Source of the DNA: Octopus sinensis
Taxonomy: Eukaryota
Reading direction: 5' to 3'
NCBI RefSeq assembly: GCF_006345805.1
Contig: NW_021833914.1
Coordinates: forward strand, 21,120-85,119
Length of the DNA: 64,000 bases
Shown here: positions 1 to 12,017 of the stretch, piece by piece
Position numbering within the stretch: the first letter of the stretch is position 1
Layout: every line of letters begins with the position of its first letter
The notes under the pieces: model-generated
The model's input: the letters and a program-made list of their open reading frames with translations, nothing else
Told to the model about the DNA's origin: nothing
Databases searched by the model: none
Program-made: the position numbers and the translations under genes

Positions 1-953
1 GTTATATTAATGAGATTATAAAAAATAGAATTTGGAGACCAAGTCCGTAAATTGATGGATGCTGTAGTCAAATTTTCTTTAGGAAATTTAAAAAATTGTA
101 CAATCAAATTCGAGGAATCGGTGGCACAGCAGAAAAGTGAATTTAATACAAGAATCAAGGACGTTATAGACAAGTTTGGATCACATAAAGTCTGTCAAAT
201 ATTTTAAAAGCCAAGAAAATGTATGACGCCAAGCTCTTTCCTATTTTGGGCCATCCTGCACATACTGGAAAATTAGAAAAATTAGTAAATGATCAAGAAA
301 CTTCGGAAAATGAAATTCAAGCCAATTTTTTACCATTGATCAAAGAATTTAAAGTAAAGAAATACCATTAATTTAGAAATCATATGCCTTAACAACAATT
401 CAATACGTGGAAGACTATCTCGTCCTGGCCTTGGATTACCTCAAAATATTTGACAACATTTTGACTGAAGAAGAAATAACATTTGATGGTTGAAACATGA
501 CATTTATAATTTTAAGAACTTCCTCCCGAACGGAAACCAATCGAGGCACTCCTGTTCGGAGAATTGAGAGAAAATAACACTGCAACTGCATTCACTGATT
601 ATGACATTTGTGAAACTACAAAATTTGATACAAAGATAAAATTAAGAAGCTTTTAAAAAGAATGAGGGATCACTTGGATTCAAAAACTGACAACAAAAAA
701 TGGAAACAAATAATGGATCTCTTCGACGACGAGGAATATTTTAGAAAGACATTGGCTCATCAGAGAGTGAGAGAACATAAGTACAACGTAGTTGAGGTGG
801 TTTTGATTTATGAATTGAACAGAATGCAGAAGTTATGGAGGATTATATAAAAGAAATTGAGGATGCGTCAAATAATGGGTTGCAGGAAAAACACGGTGGG
901 ATTGTTATTGGACTTCATGCATCGAAAGAATTAAAAATCTTTACCATCAATAA
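1..953 (+). CDS. 3' part of a multi-exon coiled-coil protein, CCDC180 (DUF4456)-like; 5' end outside the window
   Basis: Joining exons across 21-28 nt GT-AG introns gives ..PILGHPAHTGKLEKLVNDQE..KTLAHQRVRE.. and a terminus TRWDCYWTSCIERIKNLYHQ* (TAA 951-953). This resembles CCDC180 motifs LRPxLGHP and RWxxxWxxSVxxIKxLY from memory. One A-run frameshift near 890 is needed. Confidence 0.5.
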
Positions 954-1254
954 TAATTAACATTATTAGTACTAATAAGGTTATTTGTATCTTACACAAA
1001 CCTTGCTTTTAAAATCAGGCTTTAAAGACCACAAAGGTAATTTTCTGAATTAATAACAATATTATGATAATAATAATTTTGTCAAACTCCTATGTGAATT
1101 AAAGTTTGTAGTAAATTTACTGCTAAAACGGAAAGTTCAAAATGAGTAAGAAACCGTCACCACAAAGAAAATTTTGTCACTATATAAAAAATTAAATCTT
1201 TTTAAAATTAGTGTGGAAAGTAACTTGTATACGGAACCTGCGCGTACCTTTTTA

Positions 1255-2040
1255 AAATTTTTTTTTTTTTTAATACAAATTTTTTTTTTTTTTAACACCC
1301 GAAAATAATTATTACAATCTAAAGCTACTGATGATCGAGAAGACGTTGCCCCTCAGGATCGCAATGGATATTCTTTGGAACAACCATTGCTTCTCCCGAG
1401 GCTCTCTCCGTCTTCTCGAGATCAGATCCCCGATTTTCTCGACGAGTTCGAACGATTTTTGGCTCATGACCCCGGAGGTTTCTATGGATATTGGGGAGAA
1501 GATGAAGTTGTCCAACAGGTTGGAATATTTCTGAACTTTATGTGCCTCAGCCTTCTCAGCGGCTGAGCCTGGACTGATCGCGGAGTCAACTATATTGGTC
1601 TTTGAGAAGGTGTCTGTGCACGTGGAGTCCCACGCGAGGCATTTCCCATTACTCCACGGGAAAATGGTGACTCCATCTGGGCGTTTACCGTCTCCACGGT
1701 CAAGCCCAACGGGTTCCAGTTCTGTCGGGAATCCAGCTGCTTGTAACGCAGCCGAAATAGTCTCGTTGATAGCGGAGTGTCTGGGAGCACGGCCAGCACT
1801 CCTCCTGCATGACAGGGGATGTAGTCCTTTGGTATCGACTTTACTACCACATCGGCATTGGCCCCCCGAACAGACATTAAGTCCCAAACGTATTGCTACG
1901 CCAATCCTCACACAGTCATTATCGAGAAGGGTTCCAGATTGGGAGCAAGGGAGGGCATTAAGCCACGCCCCACTTTCAGGTCTGGCAGCGGCACCGGCGA
2001 GGCGATGCTGATCCAATGTAGGTCTGATTGCTTCCATTTT
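1255..2040 (-). mobile_element. CRE-clade non-LTR retrotransposon, 3' portion (CCHC + restriction-like endonuclease) with poly(A) tail
   Basis: ORF 1312-2037: [63 protein letters not shown]-runs at 1258-1292 are the minus-strand poly(A). Confidence 0.88.
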
Positions 2041-2084
2041 AGCTTTGCTGGAGATATCATCCGTACCTATTCGTACCTATTCAG

Positions 2085-2560
2085 CTACTTTCCTAAAACT
2101 CTCAGCAGTGACTTCGGATTAGTCTTTTCTAGGCCCAAAGATTCGAGGATCAAAAAATATGCTTCTTTTCCAAAATCTTCTTTTTGTTTCTTGCCTCTCA
2201 GACAAGTTGTGACTTCGGATCTCCTCCTGTAAAAACACGGATCTCCTCCAAGATCTTTGACAAAAAGGTTTGGATTTTCTAACGCATTTCTTTTGTCATC
2301 CTCCGAAGTAATTGTAAAGCAATCTTCCCCCCAACGTGAGAAAAACAATCCAATTTAAGTTTTTAAACAAATAAAAAAATCATTCTTGCAGGGAGAAAAT
2401 TGATTGGCTGTTTCCATAAATCCAATTTGATCATGTCTACACGTGTTTTGGTTTGTCAATCAGATGGGAAATCTATAGACAACCCCCACTAAATCAAAAA
2501 TAGAATAAAGCATCAACCTCTGGATGTCCAGAATCACTGTCAAAATTAAATAAAATAAGA
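2085..2560 (-). CDS. possible small multi-exon gene or pseudogene, product unknown
   Basis: 87-aa ORF plus upstream GT..AG mini-intron-like segments (e.g. gttgatgctttattctatttttgatttag). No recognisable domain; an in-frame stop appears in the best join. Confidence 0.25.
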
Positions 2561-2747
2561 AAATGAATCAATCCTAACAAATAACTCGACTCAGATTGTC
2601 TTAATTCGTTTAAATAAGCGTATGTTATAATTTCAATATATTTTACCGATTGCAGTAAAACTGTTATTTACTAGAAGTTAACAAAGCCATCTATCCGAAG
2701 TGGACCCCGCCAACATAATTGACGTTATTTTACCGATTATTTATGTA

Positions 2748-2843
2748 AATTTCCCAATTGATTATTCTAATCACAGAAATAGAAGAAAAGCGTTATGTGC
2801 CAGCGGCAAGATTTTTGTGATTAGAATAATCAATTGGGAAATT
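2748..2843. repeat. 33-bp inverted repeat with 30-nt spacer (hairpin or tiny MITE remnant)
   Basis: aatttcccaattgattattctaatcacagaaat (2748-2780) versus atttttgtgattagaataatcaattgggaaatt (2811-2843), one mismatch. Confidence 0.85.
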
Positions 2844-2895
2844 AAAAAAAATTTATGTAAATTAAAAAATTGATTGAAATAACAAAACTGAAATA

Positions 2896-3370
2896 TTAAA
2901 CTTTTGCCCTACAGAACGGGCAGGATAATTTACGAGAATTTTTTCCTTGTAGCCACTTCTTGACGCAAGAGAAATGAAAAAAATGACCGCATTTTAATTT
3001 AGCCACATTCTCCCCTGATTTGTAAATGTCCAGACATATAGAACAGGTGTCACCAATGTCTAATTCCAGAGTATCATAAACACATGTTTTAATTCTTTTA
3101 AGAGCCGATTTTAATACCTTTGATCTTTTTTTCTTAAATCGTTTAAATTAAATTAATAACCCATTCACAAAAACTTGAAATATTCTCATTTAGTGCGTCC
3201 ACGAGTTGATTAAATTGAACATTTGGAGAATCTTCAAACATAGCGGTGTATACTAAATATATATGCTCAGATATTTGATCACTATGAGTTACAAATTGTT
3301 TTAAGAACTGAATTGAGCTTGTGTCATCTTCATCTAGCATGCGAAGATACGATTGGTTTAGAAACGACAT
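2896..3370 (-). CDS. RING-H2 (C3H2C3) zinc-finger E3 ubiquitin ligase, 2 coding exons
   Basis: ATG 3370; a 28-nt GT-AG intron at 3133-3160 joins in frame to ..CSICLDIYKSGENVAKLKCGHFFHFSCVKKWLQGKNSRKLSCPFCRAKV* (stop 2896-2898). Confidence 0.85.
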
Positions 3371-3559
3371 TATGTGGCACCTAAAAATTAATATTTATTA
3401 AAATACAACAGTCAGAATATAACAAAGCAATAATTGGTAGCAGAATATTTAATGCTTTTAAATATTTATTTAATAATTTCAAATATTAATAAAATTAAAG
3501 AGAATTAATATTTTTCCATTTTAATAAAATATAAAATTAAAAAAAGATAGGTTTTTGAC

Positions 3560-4720
3560 TTCTCCTTCTTTCGGAAAAGTGACGCCATTGGAAGAGTCGC
3601 CTGTCTCCAAGACTGCGTATCGAAGCTGACGTTGAGGATGTCCTCAGTGCAAGCTTTCATGTGCTCGGAATAGTCTTCGAGAAGATCTGTTTCCTCATAG
3701 CACTGGGCCGTCCTCAAAACGTATGTTAACTTTGGAATAGATAGACAGTTCCTCAATAAAAGGGCCCAGTGGAGTATGCCAAGTTGACAATCGGTAGGAT
3801 GTACGCAATTTCTTTGACGCAAGCTTCAAGGATACAGTCTCTTCTAACAGAATTGAATGCATTCTTTAAGTCGATCTTGACCAGAATTCGTTGGGAATCA
3901 GTGGAAGAGTTAACAAACTCACGTAGAGCGTGGACCCCGGCCTCGGCGCCTCTTCGGATACCAACTTTGAGCTGTGTTGGTACGAAGTACGGTACAAGTG
4001 CCCCAGAACCTTCCTTCGACGATCTTTTCAAGCAAGGTAGTACTGTTTTTCCCTGAAGGCCGGCGTCTCTTCGGTAGGGGGGGTAGAGAACGGACTCGAA
4101 ATTGGACATTCATTCAGGGATCTGCGCTTTCAAAGCTTTAGCAAGGGATTGCCCATCCGTTCGTTGCTGTATCGGGACGCTCAAAGCGTAGACGGGAAAG
4201 AGGAATAGTTTTGCCCACGAAAGGGCGTCGGAGTGTTTCTTCGTGGCATTTCCAATCAAGGTGGCAAGACTCTCTGAAGCAAGTAACCTGGCTGCCTTCG
4301 GAATCCTAACGGGGATGTACCTACACCGTCGCAAAGGGGACAGATATCGCAGGAAATCCCCTGCATCAGAGACGGGAAGGACAAAGGGAGGTGGAAACCA
4401 TCCAGGAACTACGCACGAAAAGAAATTCCACGTCTGGAGGGGAAATGGCTGCTTCCTCTTAAGACCAATACAAGAAAGATGGAAAAAATTCCCACAGGTC
4501 GAGCAATTAATTCTACGTTTCTGTCTGTTCGATTTCTTGCTAGAAAGGCATGTGGGATTATCTACTTTTTCCATGAATAGATTAGAATAAAATACAATAG
4601 GATACACAGAAAATAAGACAATACAATGAGATACACAGAAAATAAGGCAGTACAATGAAAAACAACAATGAATGTGACAAAATTACAAATGGGAAGAAAT
4701 TACACCACAATATTTAGTTT
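3560..4720 (-). mobile_element. CRE-clade retrotransposon, degraded 5' portion (PHD-like finger + partial RT)
   Basis: CSTCGNFFHLSCIGL; RIPKAAR; QLKVGIRRGAEAGVHALREF, VKIDLKNAFNSVRRD; LLLRNCLSIPKLTYVLRT, WRQATLP. Frameshifted and internally deleted. Confidence 0.8.
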
Positions 4721-4963
4721 GTACTCTAATTAAATAAATAATCCAGTAAATGGCACTTTAAAGCTCTCAAGTCACTATAGAAATCTATACGCTTATTTAA
4801 TTGTTATTTTTTTCATATTTGCCTTCTAAATACCGCCAAAATACGTTGTTTAGTATCTTAAGCTCTTTTTTAAGCCCCCAAGCTAAGATTTTGAGCTTCT
4901 TAAGAAACGAATTTAATAAAGATTGTTTTTTTCAATAAAGACAGTAATTAAAATTCAAAATAG

Positions 4964-5680
4964 TCACTTTTGGAAATTGACAGAATACCCGCCTCCTTTA
5001 TCTTTATCAAATTTAAAGTTATCTGTCGACAGTCCAAATGGTTTTAAAACCATATTCCCTAATTCTTTTAATTTAGCTAACAAAATTAATACACCAACCC
5101 AACCCATTGCCTCTGTTTTTAATTTCTCGTTCCTGGTTTCAATCAGAGGGGGCAATTCAAAATTTCCTTTGAGAGCGACTTGGTTTTTTGGGTCGAGTTC
5201 CAACACTTTTTTGTAGTCTTTTAAAGCATCTTCCAATTTTTCGGTTTTTTCATAAAGTTTTGCCCTCAGAAGATAAGCTTTGATATAATTTGGATCAAAT
5301 TCCAAGGCATTGGTACATTTTTCGATGGCTTCTGAGTCTTGGGACTAAATATTTATTTTTTGTTTAATAACAAGATATTTTAACGAGATTGCTGTGTTGT
5401 GGTATAAATTGGCTTTAATGTCAGGAAAATATTCCGAAGGACACAACTTCAAAGTTTCTGAATATTTATTTATGGCTTGAATGTATTTTTGGTTTTGGAA
5501 AAATTCATTTCCGATGCTTTTTTCTTTGAGAATATCATTTTTTAGTTTCTAGAATGTTGTTCATAATTTTACATCTAATTCCTCTGGTGATAATTCTACA
5601 TTAATTTCTTCATTTATTTCCTCTAAATTAGAAGTCTCGTCAGCATCAAAAAATTCAGAAATTTCATTTTCAGAATCCAT
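4964..5680 (-). CDS. TTC1: tetratricopeptide repeat protein 1, 4 exons
   Basis: ATG 5680 (MDSENEISEFFDA..); introns of 24, 27 and 27 nt; TPR repeats (KSIGNEFF, PNYIKAYLLRAKLYEKTEKLEDALKDYKKVLELDP); TTC1 C-terminal signature KLKELGNMVLKPFGLSTDNF..GGYSVNFQK*. Confidence 0.92.
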
Positions 5681-5989
5681 CAGTCAAAATCAAGTGCACA
5701 ACAAAAACTAAATTATTAAATTATATAATTTATATTTCAAATTTATTGTGAACCTAATTTTATAATTAGATTCATGTGGAGGGTAAGAGATAATTCTTTC
5801 AGCTTCGACATGGATATAACTTAAGTCCCAAAAAGTTAATGTTATGAAATAGTCGACTTTGGTATTGCTTACATGTTAGTTAGGCTTTGAGAGGAATTTC
5901 TGTTTTTGATTATTTTGTTGAGCTGGCATTGGAAATGGGGCAGTTGAGACAATTATTATTATTTAGGCCAAACAAAATCACCGTCTTAA

Positions 5990-6470
5990 CCATTAACTAA
6001 CACGTTCAGGTGATTCCGACACTTCTCAACAGTCGAGGCATCTTTTCACAATGTTCCGACCGTGACCCCACACACTTTCTGTATGTACGGTGAATGGTTT
6101 GTGGTCCATTTCCACGATCCCCCCATTTGCCTCTACGAGGTGAATAGAGTGACTGCTGACTTTTCGGAACATGCATGTAGTCTGTTTTCATATAGCCATC
6201 CATATAAGTCGTCCAGTATTCTTTGTAGTCTTTCCTTCGCGTATTCGACATTTACATCCCTAGATGCGACAACTATGTCATCGGCATAGGAGAGTAGTAT
6301 GTCATTATTTTCCATAGGAACCGGGAGATCATTCAGAAACAAGTTGAAGAGGGTCGGGGATAAAGGAGAACCCTGGGGTGATTTTGAACTCTCGTTCCCG
6401 ACGCACACTTTCCCACGACGTTCGCTCAAAAAATTCGGCAGTTGAGACAATGAAAATTGTATAAATGTTT
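5990..6470 (-). mobile_element. internally deleted I/Ingi-like LINE fragment (RT core fused to ORF2 terminus)
   Basis: PQGSPLSPTLFNLFLNDLP..YADD..W..ENRL..EKSAVTLF; ends ..MPRLLRSVGIT*. Confidence 0.8.
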
Positions 6471-7103
6471 TATCGTCCCTCAAAAAGTCAAATCACCTTT
6501 AAAATATTTATTCCCCCGATGACCTTATTTTAAATTGTTCCGACTGAGAGTTTAACCCAGATCCACCTTAATGCACACCTTTGGAATGTCGCTTGTTTAG
6601 AAAGTTTGTTGTTTCTGTAAATACAAATATTAATTTTATTTGTTTTTAAGATTTTCTTGTTGGTTGAAATACTCATTTTAAAGTATTCCTATAATTTTAT
6701 TTAAAATGTCCGTTCGGATAAACATTTTATATAATTAGTAATATATCACTCAAATTATCAATCTGAAAATAAAAAATGAATTTAAAGACGTTCTTAAACT
6801 CTAATTTATTAATCATCTATTCTGGCCTATGCAGACTTGGTTCGGGTTGATCGTCTTTTTCTTTGCAATCAGAGTCGATACTTTGAGAGTTCGAAAAGAG
6901 TACTTTCATATGAATTTTATTTTTTAAATGACTTTCTACGTGTCTTATAAGTAAATTGTGAATTTTTTAAATAATTTTGTAAATTTGTAATAAGAAATTG
7001 TAGGAAAAGTATTTTAAAAATTAAAAAATGTGTTTATACGACGACAAACGGAAAGATCTTTTAAAATTATTTTTTGACTTGCAAAATAACACAAAATATT
7101 TTA

Positions 7104-9090
7104 TCAAATAAAATTGAAGCATTTAAAATGATATTTGTGGAATGAAGAATACCGCCAATGTTTTTTGAAGTCTGTATTTTTCATTGATTTCCTCAAACTA
7201 ATAGATTCAACTTTGGATATACTATCAATATAAAATACGTCATAAAAATACTTTTCATTTATAAAATGATTGATTTTAAAGCCATTTAAGTTGTTTTGAA
7301 TATTTTTATCTCTCAAAAATAACTTCAGAATCTACTAAACTTTCAAAAAATGTTTACCTTTTCCACCTTCTTTGAATATTGTTTATATTTTGTTTTGAAT
7401 TCAATCAAAACTTGTATTCCCCGAAACTTAATAAAAAATCTATAAATATTGAAACTTTAAAAACACAATTCAGGCTCATAATTTTTCGACCGTTTCAGAA
7501 TAAAGTAGAAAAGATTTAATGAAAGGTGAACAATTTTTTCATTTTTGCCAAACTTTTCAAATTTTGTTATTTTATCCATTAAACTTGTAACGTGCCTGAG
7601 TCCATGAAAACCTGCATATCGTTTTGAAATTAATGGTGACCAAGAATACTTCCGATAACTGGATCCTGAGACAAAATACTTAGGAGAGAGAGTATATCCA
7701 GCATCATTTCTGGAGAATCTAGACTCAATAAATTAAGAATAGCAAATAATCCATCATTTTCTTTCATCTTCTCTTTGAATTGAGAGGAAAACTAAGAAAT
7801 GCTAATGAATGCTTACTTTTGGATCTCCCACAATGAGATTAGTAAATATTCCGATTATATATTCTACATATAGTGGCTCAGAGCTTTTAATAAGAACATA
7901 AATAAAGGTTTCTTGCACATTATTCAGCCAATACATTGCAAATCTGGTCACATTATTACTTTGCTACAACGAATTATCTGGGTAGTTTCTTCTTTTCTTC
8001 TTAGCCATTTGTTTAAAGACTATAATTATAAATTACTAAATTAAACAAAATAAGCCTTTCTGTTTGTCTGGAAGATATTTTACTTTCATAAAAATAGACA
8101 TAAGTCTCAAAATTTCATAAATAAGGATCACTGTGCTTTGATTAATGTTGCGAAATATAACTGCAAGTTTTATCACCTCCAACATGTTTATTAAAATAGA
8201 AATTCTTTCAGATAGAGCGAATTGACACAATTCATCTTCCAACAATTTCTAGATAACGTTAGAGTCGGTTTAGATACAAAAGGCATTCCAGTAAGTAGTG
8301 AACTTGATTTAAAGGAGGTTTGTTAATAGTTAAACATAATTTTCTCTTTTTAGGGTCGGAGAAATTGTTAGCAAAATTTTGTACAACCTTTTCCAAGAGA
8401 GCGATTATAGCCTCGAATATTGATATGTGAGTCCACTATTTGTTAGATATGATCGATCTTGCCTGATGCTGAGATATGTTTTTTAAAATGATTGCGGCTT
8501 GTAACTCAATTTCAAAATTGTCATTTTCAGAGTAAATCAATTTGCTCAGAATAGTAATTGATTCCATTAAAATTTTCTAATTCACTTACAAGTTTTTTTT
8601 ACGCAGGTTTTTTCACCTTCTTCGTCTCTTCTGATAGTCATGTTATCTAGGATTTTAAGCAAGGGAGACAGGATGGCTATATTTTCATGACGTAAAAGAT
8701 GGCATAGTTTTTGAATCCCCCCAAACAATCTGAACAAACTTGAAAAAATAAATACCGTATTCTAGAAAAGAAACGTTGTTTTTGATTTGTAGAATTCAGA
8801 AGAAACTGCAAAGCACGGATCTTCGTCTCATCACAAGGGTTTGAAAGTGCGCCAACTGCATGACAGGTGTCAATAAAATCGTTTTTCTTTGACTTATTTC
8901 GAACTGGATTTATATTATTTGTTTTCTCTGATGTTGTATTTGGAATGTTGTTAATGAAATTATTTTGACTGTATTTTGTTTGAGTAGTTGAATTCGGATT
9001 GAAATATGTACTGACAAATGAATGTCGCTCCTTGTTACGATGATTGGTGTTATTAATGAAAATTGGAGGCTTTATACGTATAAATTACTG
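7104..9090 (-). CDS. divergent p120/delta-catenin family armadillo-repeat protein; ends uncertain
   Basis: Spliced across 25-29 nt introns: ..RIRLFGGIQKLCHLLRHEN..LDNMT..EIELQAAIILKNISQ..; YWLNNVQETFIYVLIKSSEPLYVEYIIGIFTNLIVGDPKFSSQFKEKMKENDGLFAILNLLSLD..DPVIGSILGFHGLRHV. This is colinear with p120-family VRRLGGI..LVDLLDH and LW.PEVV..Y..LL..S..GALQNL.AG..WS..VRKEKGLP.LVELL. Confidence 0.7.
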
Positions 9091-9644
9091 AAAGGTGGAG
9101 AGGTTCGAACAAGAATTGAATCCTGCATAACTCCACTACTGAGTAATCACGATTTAAAGAATATAAACTGTGGAATCAATAAGATTTATTATGACAATGA
9201 AATTGTTAATCCCGAAAGCGTAGTAAAACAAATGGGATTCGAAATTTCTAAACAAATAATACGAGTGGTTGTTAAAATCAATAATGATGAGTTTCTGTAT
9301 CTTCACTCGTAATTGATGACTCATCGGATGACCTCATTTTGGTTTTTTCACCTCGGCTAGATTTGTAATTTCAAAACTTTTATCAACATAATTAAAATTT
9401 TGCAACAATTTGTTTCCTCTCTTATCATTAGGACATATTTGCAATTTGAGTTAGAACAATCTTAAATTCAAAAAATTATTCTTTTATTTGTTTTTATAAA
9501 ATTTTGAAGAGATGTGTTTTGTTTGGGTATCAATAATCATTTTCTTTCAATTTTCATTAAAACTTAAAGAAACGGTAAAATAACATAAATCGGTAAAATA
9601 ACATAAAATTTTAATTTGGCTATATTTATTTGTTTAAACACAAA

Positions 9645-10776
9645 GACCGCAATAGTAAAGTCAATCGTACGTATGATTCCAAAGCCTGGAAAAATAAAGG
9701 ACCATGCAGAGAACTATAGGCCGATAAGCCTAATATGCTCCGTCTCTAAAATTATGGAACGGATTGTCTTCACAAGACTTTCGAACTTCGTAGAGGAATC
9801 AGGTGCACTTGCAGTAGAGCAGTGGGGATTCCGACGAAAAAGATCCTGTGGTGATTGTTTCGGAGAACTCGAGAAAGTCATCTCGCTTAGTCTTGCTAAT
9901 AATACAGCGACTATTGCTATCTGCCTCGATGTCTCAAAAGCTTTTGACAGCGTATGGCACCTGGGCCTCTTGGAAAGTGTCGCCAAGAGCAAACCCGGGT
10001 CTAAAACGGTCAATTGGCTGAAGAGCTATTTATCAATGAGAAGGTCATACATACGATGCGGAAACCGTTTGTCGGAATCTGTCGATCTCAAAAGAGGGGT
10101 ACCTCAAGGCTCGGTCTTGAGCCCCCTGCTTTTTAATATTTACGTTGCTGATATTCCAAAACCGAAAGATCCTACCAGTCGTCTCATGATCTACGCGGAT
10201 GACATATTAATAACGGATGCTTCGTGGAGAAAAGACATCTCGTGGAGGAAGTTAAAAGGATACGTGACAAGAGTGGAAGAATGGTGCATATCAAAAGGAC
10301 TGACGCTTGCAAAAGAAAAGTGCACCGCCACTTGGATTGCAAAACAGGGAGCAAAACGAAAACCGCCGAGAAACCTCTATGGGTTTACAGTAACGGAGAA
10401 CCTGAAATACCTTGGGGTTGAAGTTGGATCCAAGGGTTCTTACTTCAGATACATCGACTCGAGGAGAAGGAAATGCGCTCAAATTCTCAGGAGCATAATT
10501 CACTTCCACCTTTCCCCGGAAACGTTTTTATATGTTTATAAAACGTGCGTCGAACCATTGCTTACCTACGGGTTCGAGGGATGGTATCCTACTGCTGAAA
10601 GGATGGCATTATCGCTAAGCTCGAAAAGACGAGGCGATATGCCATCAAATTGGCAAATGGACTCCAGTTGGACCAACCCATCCCTCAAGTGATGGAAGAC
10701 GCGACGGAAACGGTTGGAAGTGTTCTTGAGAGAGCCTTTTCCTCTCGAATTAAATATTAAAAAAAAAAAAAAAAAA
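9645..10776 (+). mobile_element. 5'-truncated Jockey/I-group LINE: RT domain and poly(A) tail
   Basis: NYRPISL, QWGFR, LDVSKAFDSVWH, GVPQGSVLSPLLFNIY, YADD, KYLGV; A-run at about 10759-10776. Confidence 0.9.
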
Positions 10777-10854
10777 GAGGGAAACAACGAAGAAGAGGCA
10801 TACGTTGTCTCATTAACTTTCTCCCTCTTTTTTCGGCTTTTCCGTTAATAAAAA

Positions 10855-11140
10855 TTCATTCATTCATTCATTCAGTAACCGGACAAATAGTCATGCGATC
10901 CCGATAAACGCCACCAGGGAGCTCATCCCCGCTCGGTAAACTTTCCACGAGCCCACAACAGATCGTACTAGACGGCCGATCGATTTTGCCGCGACATTAG
11001 CCGCCAATATGGAGTTCTGCTTGATCAGATCCTCCAAAGGAACCGTTCCGGAGCGTTTGTTATCATAAATCGAACGTTCAGTTTATCTTTACGGCCTTAG
11101 TTGGGTATCCTCGATTCTCCTTCTGACGTCTCCATGATTC
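10855..11140 (-). mobile_element. LINE ORF2 3' end with (TGAA)n tail, tail-to-tail with the preceding LINE
   Basis: Minus strand reads ..RSGTVPLEDLIKQN..WKVYRAGMSSLVAFIGIA*, homologous to 16900-16956 (MRSLIEYIGIT*) and 49100-49410; (ttca)n at 10855-10873. Confidence 0.65.
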
Positions 11141-11500
11141 ATGTTTTATAAAGAAAGTTATTTTTAAAAACACATCTAGGTTTTATACTTTTTTTACTGT
11201 TTTTATACTATTTGGAAGTTTCAAATAATAATTTTCTTAACATTCTTTCAAAAGCATTTTTTTAATTAATTATAAAAATAACTCTTTATGCGAAAAAATC
11301 TTAACAAATTTCTCAATCTGTGATTTTTAATAACAAAAAATAGCATTTGATAAAATTTTAAGTGATTTTTGAATACTTGAAATCAATATTATTGATATTA
11401 TTATATAAAAATTTTCATAAGTAACGGATACGGATGAGTGTTTTCTATGAACATTATATAATAAAATACTATATAAGTAACTTTTGCAGAAATAGAATAA

Positions 11501-12017
11501 ATGTGCGATTCAAGTTTATTGCCTGTTTTTAATCATAGACCAGTTTCTGTTTCTATCAGACACAAAACCTCGAAGACGCCCTCGTATTTCAGTAAAAGAA
11601 TCTGAAAAAGATGAAGTTTATTACTTTAAAAGATTTAAAAATAATGAAGTATATATATTAATTGATTTTCCTTAGTCTGCTAAAAAATGTCGAGAAAATA
11701 AACGAAGACTTCAAAAAATCGTAGAAAATCGATTGAATATGCTAAATTTTAAAATATCGCTTTGTCGTGAATATTTTTTATTTATTTATACTTCGGTAAA
11801 AAACAATTTAGACATTTTTGGTGAAAGCACACTTGCATTTTTTGACGAACCAGTTATGGCCAATTTGTTGTTCAACAAATCCAATGATTTAGATAATTTA
11901 TATTCATCCCAAAAAAGTTTGATCCCAGATTACTCTTTGTGGCCAGAAAATAATTTCTACAGTTATCAAGATGATGTTGATTTTTCAAATTGTGATTCAA
12001 AATTTTATGAAATTTGA
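11501..12017 (+). CDS. PAR/NFIL3(vrille)-type bZIP transcription factor, 3 exons
   Basis: ATG 11501; 25- and 27-nt GT-AG introns give MCDSNQFLFLSDTKPRRRPRISVKESEKDEVYYFKRFKNNESAKKCRENKRRLQKIVENRLNML.., matching KDxxYxxKRxKNNxAAKRSR..LENRL. Confidence 0.82.

Noticed and set aside
1331-2232. Plus-strand ORFs overlapping the CRE ORF (likewise 3769, 4243, 19727, 52347, 60146)
   Set aside because: Antisense shadows of GC-richer coding sequence with no motifs.
10860-11060. Dispersed structured ncRNA or IRES-like family (gtgatccc..ggga hairpin, also at 16920, 45350, 49370, 56570)
   Set aside because: The copies translate as homologous LINE ORF2 C-termini (..MRSLIEYIGIT*), so the conservation is explained by coding sequence.
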